Below, in pieces: positions 20,754-29,045 of a stretch of DNA of 64,000 bases; the stretch's first letter is position 1, and every line of letters starts with the position of its first letter. The stretch comes from an uncultured Candidatus Saccharibacteria bacterium (GTDB lineage: Bacteria > Patescibacteriota > Saccharimonadia > Saccharimonadales > AWTP1-31), in the NCBI GenBank assembly GCA_964629815.1, contig CAZVTA010000002.1:2096-66095 (forward strand). Reading direction: 5' to 3'. The position numbers were made by a program, and so were the translations under genes. Below the pieces are notes generated by a model that ran no database searches, had not been told where the DNA came from, and saw only the letters and a program-made list of their open reading frames with translations.

Positions 20754-20915
20754 CCCTGTAAGTCGATCCAGTGTGACAACCTGGAGGTTTAAACCAGGTG
20801 GGTTGCCTCACGTCAGCACCCCGGTGCTAACAAATATTGGTATCCCGTATGATAGTTATTCAGATTATCATAATACTGGGCTCGACCACTTATACAATAC
20901 ACTACCCCGTCCGTT

Positions 20916-21545
20916 TTAGCCAAGTAGGACTCTATAGATAGCGTCCATAATATTAGCCGTAATTGGACTAATAAACGGAAAGGAGACAAACATGAACAGC
21001 AAGATTGTCATAAACCCAGCAGACTCTATTGCATACATAACCCTCTGCAAGGGTTCCGGCGCAAACGCATATAACAGCCTTGAACCGTCAAGCGGTGGAA
21101 ACGGAATCATATTGAAAACAAAAAACGCGATATTTACCTGTATAAACCCTGTAAGCACCATAAATAGGTCCGTACCCGTTGCAATGGCGCCGATTCGCAC
21201 AACAAACGCCCCTACACAAGCTAAAGCAAGATTTGTGAGCGGTCCGGCAATGCCAATCAAGGCCGCACCAAACTCTTCATATCGAACCCTATCAGGGTTA
21301 AATGGGACAGGTTTTGCAACAAAGAACGGCGGCAATCCAACCAATATGAGAAACATCGGCAACAATACCGTGGTGATTGCATCTATGTGCTTCAATGGAT
21401 TAAGCGTTAGCCTACCCTCATCTCTTGCAGTCGTATCGCCAAGCCAATGAGCCGTAAACGCGTGCATAGCCTCATGTATGCCCATAGAGAGCAGTATTGA
21501 CCCAAATATTGTGACGAGCTGTAATCCTGATAGGTCGCTAAACAT
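20916..21545 (-). CDS. Site-2 protease family (peptidase M50) membrane metalloprotease
   Basis: 209 aa, multi-TM. HExxH as HEAMHAFTAH, and the second conserved motif NMIPFPPLDGSRLL. Confidence 0.85.
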   Translation of the reverse strand: MFSDLSGLQLVTIFGSILLSMGIHEAMHAFTAHWLGDTTARDEGRLTLNPLKHIDAITTVLLPMFLILVGLPPFFVAKPVPFNPDRVRYEEFGAALIGIAGPLTNLALACVGAFVVRIGAIATGTDLFMVLTGFIQVNIAFFVFNMIPFPPLDGSRLLYAFAPEPLQRVMYAIESAGFMTILLFMFVSFPFISPITANIMDAIYRVLLG

Positions 21546-21580
21546 ACCTACCAGTATAACAGCTCATGTCGACTTTACAC

Positions 21581-21609
21581 TTGACGAAAAGAGTAAAAGT
21601 AGCTAAAAT
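21581..21609 (+). promoter_or_regulatory. Promoter of rpmB (TTGACG-17-TAAAAT)
   Basis: TTGACG at 21581-21586, a 17 nt spacer, TAAAAT at 21604-21609. The SD AAGGA lies 10 nt before the ATG. Confidence 0.5.
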
Positions 21610-21637
21610 TAACACCTGAATCTAAGGAAATAATATT

Positions 21638-21826
21638 ATGCAGAAATGTGAAATTACAGGTAAAGGCAAGCAGTTTGGTCACAACGTGAGCTTTTCGCAA
21701 CGTCATACCAAAAAGGTTTGGAAACCTAACCTCCAAACTAAAACTGTTGTCGTTGATGGAAAAAAAGTACAACTTAAAGTTAGTACACAAGCAATTCGTA
21801 CACTCAAGAAAAAAGGCCTTCTTTAA
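21638..21826 (+). CDS. rpmB: 50S ribosomal protein L28
   Basis: MQKCEITGKGKQFGHNVSFSQRHTKKVWKPNLQ is typical L28. Confidence 0.93.
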   Translation: MQKCEITGKGKQFGHNVSFSQRHTKKVWKPNLQTKTVVVDGKKVQLKVSTQAIRTLKKKGLL

Positions 21827-21847
21827 GTTCTGCTTCATGTACACATA

Positions 21848-21873
21848 AAAACGACCCCTAGGGGTCGTTTTTG
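21848..21873. terminator. Bidirectional terminator between rpmB and the convergent MBL-fold gene
   Basis: AAAAACGACCCCTAGGGGTCGTTTTTGG: a GC-rich palindromic stem flanked by an A-run and a T-run. Confidence 0.65.
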
Positions 21874-21895
21874 GTTAGTCGTCTCTTCTCGTACG

Positions 21896-22525
21896 CTATG
21901 TACGTTTAATAACCACCAGCTGAGTCTGATCACCCGAGATATCCTGACTCTTAAGCTTCAGCTTGTCGACTGTCTCTTTTGGTTCCATTGCAATACCTTT
22001 AAGCGCATCCTCTAGACTCACTGCAGGCACTTCATACGCAAGCGAGTTATCTGCATACTGCGTAGGAACAATGATTTTCGGCTCAATCTTCTTAATAAGC
22101 TGTGCTGCGCCTGCCGGATCAAGTGTATAGCCATGCCCCCCCACTGGAACAATCAAGACATCAACGGTACCCAGTGATTCGAGCTGCTGCTCACTGAGCG
22201 AAGGATACACATGCCCAACAACAGCTATGCGAACATCTTCAATATCAATCTTGTACATTGTTGCCGTGGTATCCTTGTCGTCACCCATGTGCGCACGCGC
22301 CGCTATGCCGGCAATCGATACGCCAGACACTTCATATTCTCCTGGCTGATCGATATAAATTTTTCCTCCTTTTGCAGGATGGATGGCGGTTGTTGTGCAA
22401 AGAACTATATCGGACGGTTTCACCACTTGCTTACCTCCGAGAGACTCGATATTATCGTCTACAACCACTGTCGCTTTTTTTGATGTAATATTTACACAAT
22501 TAGCACCATGATACTGTATTTCCAT
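21896..22525 (-). CDS. MBL-fold (UPF0173-like) hydrolase homologue with a degenerate metal motif
   Basis: 209 aa. The N-terminus MEIQYHGANCVNI and overall pattern resemble small metallo-beta-lactamase-fold proteins. I could not see the HxHxDH motif. Confidence 0.5.
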   Translation of the reverse strand: MEIQYHGANCVNITSKKATVVVDDNIESLGGKQVVKPSDIVLCTTTAIHPAKGGKIYIDQPGEYEVSGVSIAGIAARAHMGDDKDTTATMYKIDIEDVRIAVVGHVYPSLSEQQLESLGTVDVLIVPVGGHGYTLDPAGAAQLIKKIEPKIIVPTQYADNSLAYEVPAVSLEDALKGIAMEPKETVDKLKLKSQDISGDQTQLVVIKRT

Positions 22526-22539
22526 ATTTTCCTTCCTTG

Positions 22540-23151
22540 TTATAACTCTAGTAAATTATGCTTGTCAGTTATAACCTGCTTTTTGCAGGATTTTATATTG
22601 GCAACAAACTTATCTTTTATTTGCTCTCGATACTTATAGTCATCAAGCGACATAATGACATATCGGATCTCTTTTCCCTCTCTTTGTTCAAGATCGTCAA
22701 CAAATTTATGTATTTGCGTTTGGTTAACATCTCCGACAATAAGCATGTCTACTCCACTAGACTCATCGCGAGTAAATTGCCCTGTATACAACGCGAGTTC
22801 AACATTACCAATATGCTTGAGTGTGTCGTTTTGCATCACCGCCTGTGGTGCTTCTAACTCTATTGCGGGTTTAGTAGACTGTCGTTTTTTGACACTCTTT
22901 GTACCAAAAATATCACTCAGCTGATCATAATAGTCATACTTCTGATTAACCTCGTAATAGAGCTTATTATTCGTATTATCAGACGATACGATACCAATAC
23001 TCAACAGGTTAGCAAGTTCCCTGCGCACTGAGTTGATTTGCTCATCAATCTGCCTGGTTATCTCTCTAACATAAAAGGAACGGTTCGGATTACTATAAAA
23101 CAGCTGCAGGAGCTTTACCCTCGTCTTAGATCCAAACAATTGTTCAATCAT
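22540..23151 (-). CDS. Winged-helix (ArsR-like) transcriptional regulator with a C-terminal uncharacterised domain
   Basis: 203 aa. The N-terminus LFGSKTRVKLLQLFYSNPNRSFYVREITRQIDEQINSVRRELANLLSIGIV is a typical wHTH. Confidence 0.6.
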   Translation of the reverse strand: MIEQLFGSKTRVKLLQLFYSNPNRSFYVREITRQIDEQINSVRRELANLLSIGIVSSDNTNNKLYYEVNQKYDYYDQLSDIFGTKSVKKRQSTKPAIELEAPQAVMQNDTLKHIGNVELALYTGQFTRDESSGVDMLIVGDVNQTQIHKFVDDLEQREGKEIRYVIMSLDDYKYREQIKDKFVANIKSCKKQVITDKHNLLEL

Positions 23152-23182
23152 GAGTACATTGTATCAGAATACACATATTTGT

Positions 23183-23959
23183 TCAGATATAATTGTTCAG
23201 AAATGATGTAACAATATCTACAGTTTCTTGGGAACTCTTGGCCCATTGAATACTTTGATTTCTCTTGAACCATGTGCGCTGTTTCTTGGCGAGCTGACGA
23301 TCATATACGACGCATTTATCTTCTGCCTCGGCAAGCGTATCGGTACCCTCGTAATAGTCCCGGAACGCCCTGTATGCTGGCGCTTGCAGTGCAGGAAGAT
23401 CCCAGCCATATCGTTTTACGAGTGCTCCAATTTCGTTTACAAGCCCCGAATCAACCATGCCCGTTATGCGCGTCCTGCTGCGCGCTTGGAGTTGCATAGG
23501 ATCAACGTCCATGCCAATAACTAAGGTGTCGTTTCTAAGCCGTTTATTTTGCACCGGCACATCACGAGCCAAATGACGCGGATTGATGATGTCTCGCTTT
23601 TCATGTGAGTGAGCAAAATCATAATCAAATACCACTGAATCTATATAGAGCCCACTACCACCAACCAATATCGGCAGCTTACCCTTTTTCTGAATCTCAA
23701 TTATTTTAGCATTAGCTAGCTTTTGAAATTGCGAAACGTTGAATGATTCGTCCGGCATGACCAGATCAAGCATGTGATGCGGTATACCGTGCATTTCTGC
23801 TTTTGTTGGCTTTGCCGTCCCAATATCCATGCCTTTGTAAATAGTCCGCGAATCTGCACAAACAATCTCACCATTGAACATGCGCGCTAGTTCAACCGCC
23901 AAAACAGTCTTACCGGAAGCAGTAGGTCCAATTAAAACTATAAGTGGTCTGGACGCCAT
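23183..23959 (-). CDS. miaA: tRNA dimethylallyltransferase
   Basis: 258 aa. P-loop LIVLIGPTASGKT, then CADSRTIYKGMDIGTAKPT and GIPHHMLD. Shorter than typical MiaA. Confidence 0.85.
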   Translation of the reverse strand: MASRPLIVLIGPTASGKTVLAVELARMFNGEIVCADSRTIYKGMDIGTAKPTKAEMHGIPHHMLDLVMPDESFNVSQFQKLANAKIIEIQKKGKLPILVGGSGLYIDSVVFDYDFAHSHEKRDIINPRHLARDVPVQNKRLRNDTLVIGMDVDPMQLQARSRTRITGMVDSGLVNEIGALVKRYGWDLPALQAPAYRAFRDYYEGTDTLAEAEDKCVVYDRQLAKKQRTWFKRNQSIQWAKSSQETVDIVTSFLNNYI

Positions 23960-24240
23960 GCGTGCCTTTCCATAATTACTTTGCCGCTAGAGAAAGTAAT
24001 CCCTTCTTGTTCGAGCTGATATTGATGATTCGAAACACCGCCTGGATACCCAGCAGCCAGACCACCATCACTCATTACTACCCGATGCCACGGCAGGGCA
24101 ATGTCCCCCGTATGAGCAATACCACCGACTATTCGTGCTGCACGCGGGCTTCCGCAATACGCAGCAATACTACCGTAAGAAGATACTTTCCCTAACGGTA
24201 TTTGAGCCACAAACGAATATACTCGCCTCTTAAAGTCCAT
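23938..24240 (-). CDS. Alkyltransferase-like (ATL) protein: MGMT DNA-binding domain without the catalytic Cys
   Basis: 100 aa. IPLGKVSSYGSIAAYCGSPRAARIVGGIA...LPWHRVV. The PCHRV active site reads PWHRV, as in E. coli YbaZ and S. pombe Atl1. Confidence 0.8.
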   Translation of the reverse strand: MDFKRRVYSFVAQIPLGKVSSYGSIAAYCGSPRAARIVGGIAHTGDIALPWHRVVMSDGGLAAGYPGGVSNHQYQLEQEGITFSSGKVIMERHAWRPDHL

Positions 24241-24242
24241 AG

Positions 24243-26054
24243 CTACATCTGTCGAAGAAGATCTGAAAGCTGTGAAAGCGGTACTTTCTGTTCGGACTCA
24301 CGCAGCCGCACACTTACCTCGCCCGCCTCGACATCTTTTGGCCCCACGATAAGAACCACCGGTATCTTCATGTTGGCTGCATCTCTAATCTTCTTGCCAA
24401 GTGACTCGTTTCTATCATCGACCGTATAGCGTAGCTCATTGTATTTCAAAGGCTTCATAAGGACGACATTGTCTAATTCATTTACTATTTTATCAACATA
24501 CGGCTGCACCGAGTCGTTAATAGTAAGTATTCGCACCTGCTCTGGTGCTAGCCAGAATGGGAACCATCCACCTGTGTGCTCAATAAAAACGCTCATGAAA
24601 CGTTCGATAGAACCAAGCAGTGCTTTGTGAATCATGACAATATACTTGTCTTCGCCATCTGAATCGGTATAAACAAGCCCAAATCGCTGAGGCTGCACAA
24701 AATCGAGCTGAATTGTCGCGCACTGCCATTCGCGACCCAGCGAGTCTTTAACCATAAAGTCAATCTTTGGCCCGTAAAATGCTGCTTCACCATGCCCGTC
24801 TATAGAGCTGAGCTTTTTCTGCTTCGCGACTTCAGCAATAGCAGCCTCTGCTTTTTCCCATAGACTCTGATCGCCAAGATAGCTATCTTTATCGTCTTTA
24901 TATGATAAACGTGCATAGAATTCCATACCCAGCGACGTATACATGGCTTGTATCATATCAACGAGTCCCGAAAGTTCGTCTTTTATTTGATCTTCTCTGC
25001 AGAATATATGCCCATCGTCTTGAGACAATGACCTTACACGCGACAAACCGTGCAGCTCACCACTTTTCTCGTCACGATAGTTTGTTGTGGTCTCCATGTA
25101 TCTAACAGGAAGCTCTCTGTAGCTTACTGGTTTTCGTAAAAACAACTGTATGTGATGCGGGCAATTCATAGGCTTCATCATGAACAAGTCGTCTGATTCT
25201 TCACTTGAAACAGAGAATCGCTCTGGGTACTTATCAAAATGCCCACTCTTCTTGTATAGCTCTTCTTTGGCCATATGAGGAGTCCAGACACGACTAAAAC
25301 CTTGTTTGGCTTGTAGTTCTTGTGAGTACAGTGCCAACAATTCTCGAACTACGGATCCACGCGGTGTTATGAGCGGCAACCCCGCTCCAACAAGATCGCT
25401 TATTGTAAATAGGTCAAGCTCGTGACCAAGCTTACGATGATCGCGTGCCTTGGCTTCTTCGAGCATTTTCAAATAATGATCAAGTTCTTCTTGCGTTTCA
25501 AATGCCACACCATAAAGTCGCTGCATCTGCGGGTTCGATTCTTTACCGCGCCAATAGGCACCGGCTATGCGCATGAGTTTAAATGCCCCCACCTTGCCTG
25601 TAGACGCAACATGTGGCCCACGGCACAAATCAGTAAAATCACCGTTACGATAAAACGAAACTGTCTCGACTTCACTATCACCACTGGCGATAGTACCCAT
25701 CTCTTCTGTATTGAGATCCTTTGCAACCGTTGTGCCAGAGCGTTTAAGATCATTGAGCAGTTCTAGCTTGTACGGTTGGTTTGCATCTGTAGCCCATGCA
25801 ATCGCCTCGTCTATGGGCAACGTAAATTTCTCAAACGTCTGATCCTGAGCGATGACTCCTCGCATCTTTTTTTCTATTCGCGCAAAATCTTCATTAGAAA
25901 TTTTTTCTTCACCCAAGTCAATATCATAGTAGAAGCCATTTTCTACTACTGGCCCTACTCCTAACTTTGCTTGCGGCCACAACGACATCACTGCAGTTGC
26001 CATAATATGAGCAAGACTATGCCTCATTGCATCTAGGTTGTCCGTCTGTTTCAT
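24243..26054 (-). CDS. thrS: Threonyl-tRNA synthetase
   Basis: 603 aa. Has the SAD editing-related HSLAHIMA motif, class II core motifs (FRNGDFTDLCRGPH, RDHRKLG, MNCPHH, YRDEKSGELHGLSRVR) and a C-terminal anticodon-binding domain. Confidence 0.97.
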   Translation of the reverse strand: MKQTDNLDAMRHSLAHIMATAVMSLWPQAKLGVGPVVENGFYYDIDLGEEKISNEDFARIEKKMRGVIAQDQTFEKFTLPIDEAIAWATDANQPYKLELLNDLKRSGTTVAKDLNTEEMGTIASGDSEVETVSFYRNGDFTDLCRGPHVASTGKVGAFKLMRIAGAYWRGKESNPQMQRLYGVAFETQEELDHYLKMLEEAKARDHRKLGHELDLFTISDLVGAGLPLITPRGSVVRELLALYSQELQAKQGFSRVWTPHMAKEELYKKSGHFDKYPERFSVSSEESDDLFMMKPMNCPHHIQLFLRKPVSYRELPVRYMETTTNYRDEKSGELHGLSRVRSLSQDDGHIFCREDQIKDELSGLVDMIQAMYTSLGMEFYARLSYKDDKDSYLGDQSLWEKAEAAIAEVAKQKKLSSIDGHGEAAFYGPKIDFMVKDSLGREWQCATIQLDFVQPQRFGLVYTDSDGEDKYIVMIHKALLGSIERFMSVFIEHTGGWFPFWLAPEQVRILTINDSVQPYVDKIVNELDNVVLMKPLKYNELRYTVDDRNESLGKKIRDAANMKIPVVLIVGPKDVEAGEVSVRLRESEQKVPLSQLSDLLRQM

Positions 26055-26243
26055 GCATTTTCCTTATTTACGTTAATAAAAAAGACACGTGCTTTGGCGA
26101 ATGACTTGATACACTCAACAAAACTCGCGTCTCGGTCCAGATAACTGGAGGTTCCACCTCGACTTTTACTATTGCAAGCACTGGTAACGTTCGTTCTTGC
26201 CTTGCCAACGTAGCTCAGCGATTGGTGAGGTCGCCTCAAAGCC
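26055..26243 (-). promoter_or_regulatory. T-box-like leader (antiterminator/terminator) of thrS
   Basis: On the minus strand, the extended -10 TGTTATAAT lies at 26258..26250. The T-box-core-like GAGGTGGAACC is followed by TCCAG-TTAT-CTGGA, which gives a UGGAACC 7 nt bulge geometry. A competing long hairpin AGACGCGAGTTTTG...CCAAAGCACGTGTCT plus TTTTTT follows. ACCA (Thr codon plus purine) occurs twice upstream. Confidence 0.5.
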
Positions 26244-26271
26244 TCATCTATTATAACACCTTGCGTGTGAG

Positions 26272-26397
26272 CATAAAACAAAAAGTCGAACGATCTCGCA
26301 TTTCGTTCGACTTTTGAGAAAACTTCTCGCAAAACTTCACCGTGCACCTATCATAACAGTCATAGTATTAAATGGCTAGTACAAAACTATTGTCTTT
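26272..26397 (-). ncRNA. Candidate small RNA (about 125 nt) between tRNA-Val and the thrS leader
   Basis: On the minus strand, a perfect TATAAT lies at 26409..26404. The unit ends in a perfect 13 bp hairpin AAAAGTCGAACGA-loop-TCGTTCGACTTTT (26315..26281) followed by TTGTTTT. No ORF. Confidence 0.3.
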
Positions 26398-26512
26398 TAC
26401 ACAATTATACTGAGGATAACTTTTTGTCGCATCCATATCATTTGTGATAACTTTCTTCGCTATGTTATAAAACAAAAAAATCCGACGCATGATCGGAATT
26501 GTCGCAATTTTA

Positions 26513-26589
26513 TGGTGGGCGATAGAGGATTCGAACCTCTCACCTCCTCAACGTCAATGAGGCGCTCTAGCCAAATGAGCTAATCACCC
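26513..26589 (-). tRNA. tRNA-Val (anticodon GAC), CCA encoded
   Basis: Reverse complement is GGGTGATTAGCTCATTTGGCTAGAGCG-CCTCA-TTGACGT-TGAGG...GGTTCGAATCC...ATCGCCCACCA. Confidence 0.95.
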
Positions 26590-26711
26590 ACAACTTCTGC
26601 AGCGCTATTATAGTCGCAAATGGCCATTACATCAAGAGTTGACGGACACATACTGCACCGACCACAAGCGGCATCACCCCTGTATACTGCGTTGTAAAAC
26701 AATGAGCGCAA

Positions 26712-26740
26712 TTGACTACAAACTGTTTTGGTGTTATCAT
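26712..26740 (+). promoter_or_regulatory. Promoter (TTGACT-17-TATCAT) upstream of a structured RNA and nrdR
   Basis: TTGACT at 26712-26717, a 17 nt spacer, TATCAT at 26735-26740. Confidence 0.45.
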
Positions 26741-26746
26741 AAGCAG

Positions 26747-26921
26747 GTTAATAGAGGTGTTAACAAGTTTTGAGAAGCAAAACAAGCTCGCTTGAGGGCT
26801 TTAAGCTCTTTTATGAAGAACTAGCTTCTTCTAAGCGACTCAATAGGATTCGTAGAATCCGCCCTGTAACTGCTAGCGAATAGCGGAACAGAAAGACCCC
26901 GAGTAATCGGGGTCTTTGTTT
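26747..26921 (+). ncRNA. Candidate structured RNA (about 175 nt): independent sRNA or attenuator leader of nrdR
   Basis: Runs from the promoter above to a strong terminator AGACCCCGA-GTAA-TCGGGGTCT plus TTTGTTT (26894-26921). Internal hairpins are GAAGA-ACTAGC-TCTTC, GGATTC-GTA-GAATCC and GCTA-GCGA-TAGC. No ORF. Confidence 0.4.
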
Positions 26922-27013
26922 ACCCACAGATATTTTCATTTATCCACTAGCATTTTGTCTTGCGCTATGACAATATATGTACATAGGTAAATTAATGTAC
27001 GACGAGGTATTCT

Positions 27014-27427
27014 ATGCTCTGCCCTTACTGTAAACACAAGACTGATGTAACAAATAGTCGCCATAAGCGAGCCAGTAACCAAGTATGGCGACGTCGTCGT
27101 TGCCCGCATTGTAGCGCCCTTTTTACAAGCGAGGAGCAAATCAAACTCGACACCTGCTGGATGGTTCGTTACAAAAACGACTCACTTGCACCTTTTGACG
27201 ATCGTCGATTATTCATAAACATTTATGAGTGCTGTAAACACCGCGCCGATGCAATAAGTGCCGCTGAAAATCTTCATACAACTGTAGTTGCGAAGCTAAT
27301 GAACAAAATAATTGTTCCCGAAATTGAACGCGAGGAAATCGTGAATACTGTTTTTGAAACATTACAAAAATTTGATACAGCAGCCGCAGTGCAATACGCC
27401 GCCTACCATAGCGCACACAAAGTTTAG
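27014..27427 (+). CDS. nrdR: Transcriptional repressor NrdR
   Basis: 137 aa. N-terminal zinc ribbon MLCPYCKHKTDVTNSR...RRRRCPHCSALFTSEE followed by an ATP-cone-like region. Confidence 0.9.
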   Translation: MLCPYCKHKTDVTNSRHKRASNQVWRRRRCPHCSALFTSEEQIKLDTCWMVRYKNDSLAPFDDRRLFINIYECCKHRADAISAAENLHTTVVAKLMNKIIVPEIEREEIVNTVFETLQKFDTAAAVQYAAYHSAHKV

Positions 27428-27432
27428 ATGTT

Positions 27433-29043
27433 CTACATTATCGTTTTATTATCGTCGGTCTTGACTGCTTTTTTTGTTGCATCAAATGTGTCGAGATACT
27501 TTCCAAAAATCAGTCGTGTCTGCGACGTCAACGCGGCCGCCGCGTTAAAGCAGATACCTGTTACGGGCAACATCACCCACTGCAACACCATCCAAACCGT
27601 CCGATGCGCCTTATAACGCTCGGGCTTTGGCGGCAGTGCCTTAAAGCTCAGGAATAACGTTATAACAATACCCGCCATAGCCACCCGCTGGATACCACTC
27701 GCAATGATTGGTAGCTGATTTGCAACATAGCTGTCTGGGTTGATTAATAGCGGTATGAAAGCGGCAAACAGAAGCACCAAAGGCGCAGTTGCCCAGCTAA
27801 CATGCCCCTCTAACAATCTTAGAAACTTCGAGACCATATCGAAACGCGGAACCTTGTTGTCTGTAAAGAATCCCTTCTCAGCAACATATGCAACGTCTGA
27901 TGCTCCCCACGCCCATCGACGCAGCTGAATAAACTGCTCTTTTAGTGTTTTACGGTACGTCTCTGCGAGAACTGCATCTTGATAAATAGGGATAAAGATT
28001 GGGTACACCTCGTATTTACCATCGTATCGGAAGTACGATCGCCAAAACTGATGGCCATCTTCTACAATAGTCCGTACACTCCAGTAATCGGTGTCGATGA
28101 GCGCTTGCATGCTTTGCGTATGAGAAGAAAAGTTACGCAACATATGCGGTCGTAGTGCCTGTACAACCATCCAAAATGAATTACCCGTTGCGATTACGCG
28201 CATTGGCGCTGGAGCATCCCAGATATTATTGGTAAACATTGGAATCGGTTGGTATGACACATGAACCGGATCTGGCGAAAGCGCAATGGTATAACTGAGT
28301 GCCGCAAAATAGCTTGGGTGCGGACGATTATCCGCATCGAGCGTAGTAACCATGACACGTGCAGGATCGATATTGTGTTTTTGTAGATATTTTTCAAGTT
28401 CGCGACCAGCATACGTAGCATTTGGCCCCTTGCCTTTTACTTCGCCGGGGATATCTTTAGGATGTTTAACGGCAATTGCGAACTTAAACACGTCTTTATA
28501 GTCCGCGACAAGCTGCTCAGCCTGTACTTCGACTTCCGTTCCGCCACGCTCTTCATACGCCAAAACTAATATCATATCTTTGACGGGCAGCGTGGACTTC
28601 ATGACATATTGAATGGTAGGCTCAAGTACGGCACGACCCTCGTTGTGTGTAGGAATAATAATGGCGTGCACAATATCACTAGGGCGCAAAGGTGTAGGGC
28701 TGTGCTTTAAGCGCTCGAGATTTTCGTAATGCCATCTTGGAAATATACCGTCTGTAGGAGTTTCACTCTGAATATCATTAAGCATTGCGATCCAATCCAG
28801 TTTTTGATGCTGTTGGAGCGTCTTCCATCCCTGCAAAACCCGAATATTCAATGCAACCGCACGCACAAACCAAACTAACAGAAAAGCGATGATACAAAAT
28901 GCAGTAATCGAGGCACTTATAAGACTAAATACGAATGGCGCAATGAGTACCGACCAACTAAGCAATCCTGGCAATGCCTCAAAAAATCGATACCGCTTGC
29001 TGCGCTCATGCTTAAACGGAATCTCGAGAAGTTCAGTCTTCAT
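27433..29043 (-). CDS. Family 2 glycosyltransferase, membrane-embedded processive synthase type
   Basis: 536 aa with multiple N- and C-terminal TM segments. IIIPTHNEG, TTLDADN and the QxxRW motif (QLRRWAWG). Confidence 0.8.
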   Translation of the reverse strand: MKTELLEIPFKHERSKRYRFFEALPGLLSWSVLIAPFVFSLISASITAFCIIAFLLVWFVRAVALNIRVLQGWKTLQQHQKLDWIAMLNDIQSETPTDGIFPRWHYENLERLKHSPTPLRPSDIVHAIIIPTHNEGRAVLEPTIQYVMKSTLPVKDMILVLAYEERGGTEVEVQAEQLVADYKDVFKFAIAVKHPKDIPGEVKGKGPNATYAGRELEKYLQKHNIDPARVMVTTLDADNRPHPSYFAALSYTIALSPDPVHVSYQPIPMFTNNIWDAPAPMRVIATGNSFWMVVQALRPHMLRNFSSHTQSMQALIDTDYWSVRTIVEDGHQFWRSYFRYDGKYEVYPIFIPIYQDAVLAETYRKTLKEQFIQLRRWAWGASDVAYVAEKGFFTDNKVPRFDMVSKFLRLLEGHVSWATAPLVLLFAAFIPLLINPDSYVANQLPIIASGIQRVAMAGIVITLFLSFKALPPKPERYKAHRTVWMVLQWVMLPVTGICFNAAAALTSQTRLIFGKYLDTFDATKKAVKTDDNKTIM

Positions 29044-29045
29044 AA

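Noticed and set aside
20761-20830. Possible SRP (4.5S) RNA, because of an extended hairpin containing ACCAGGTGGGTTGCC and AGCACC.
   Set aside because: The conserved helix-8 signature is absent on both strands (AGG-stem-GGAA/GNRA tetraloop-stem-AGCA, as in GGUCCGGAAGGAAGCAGCC). It is kept only as an unclassified structured region.
26051-26347. 98 aa minus-strand ORF upstream of and overlapping the thrS start.
   Set aside because: It spans the hairpin-rich thrS leader and a promoter. It has no SD and no protein-like composition. An RNA regulatory region explains it better.
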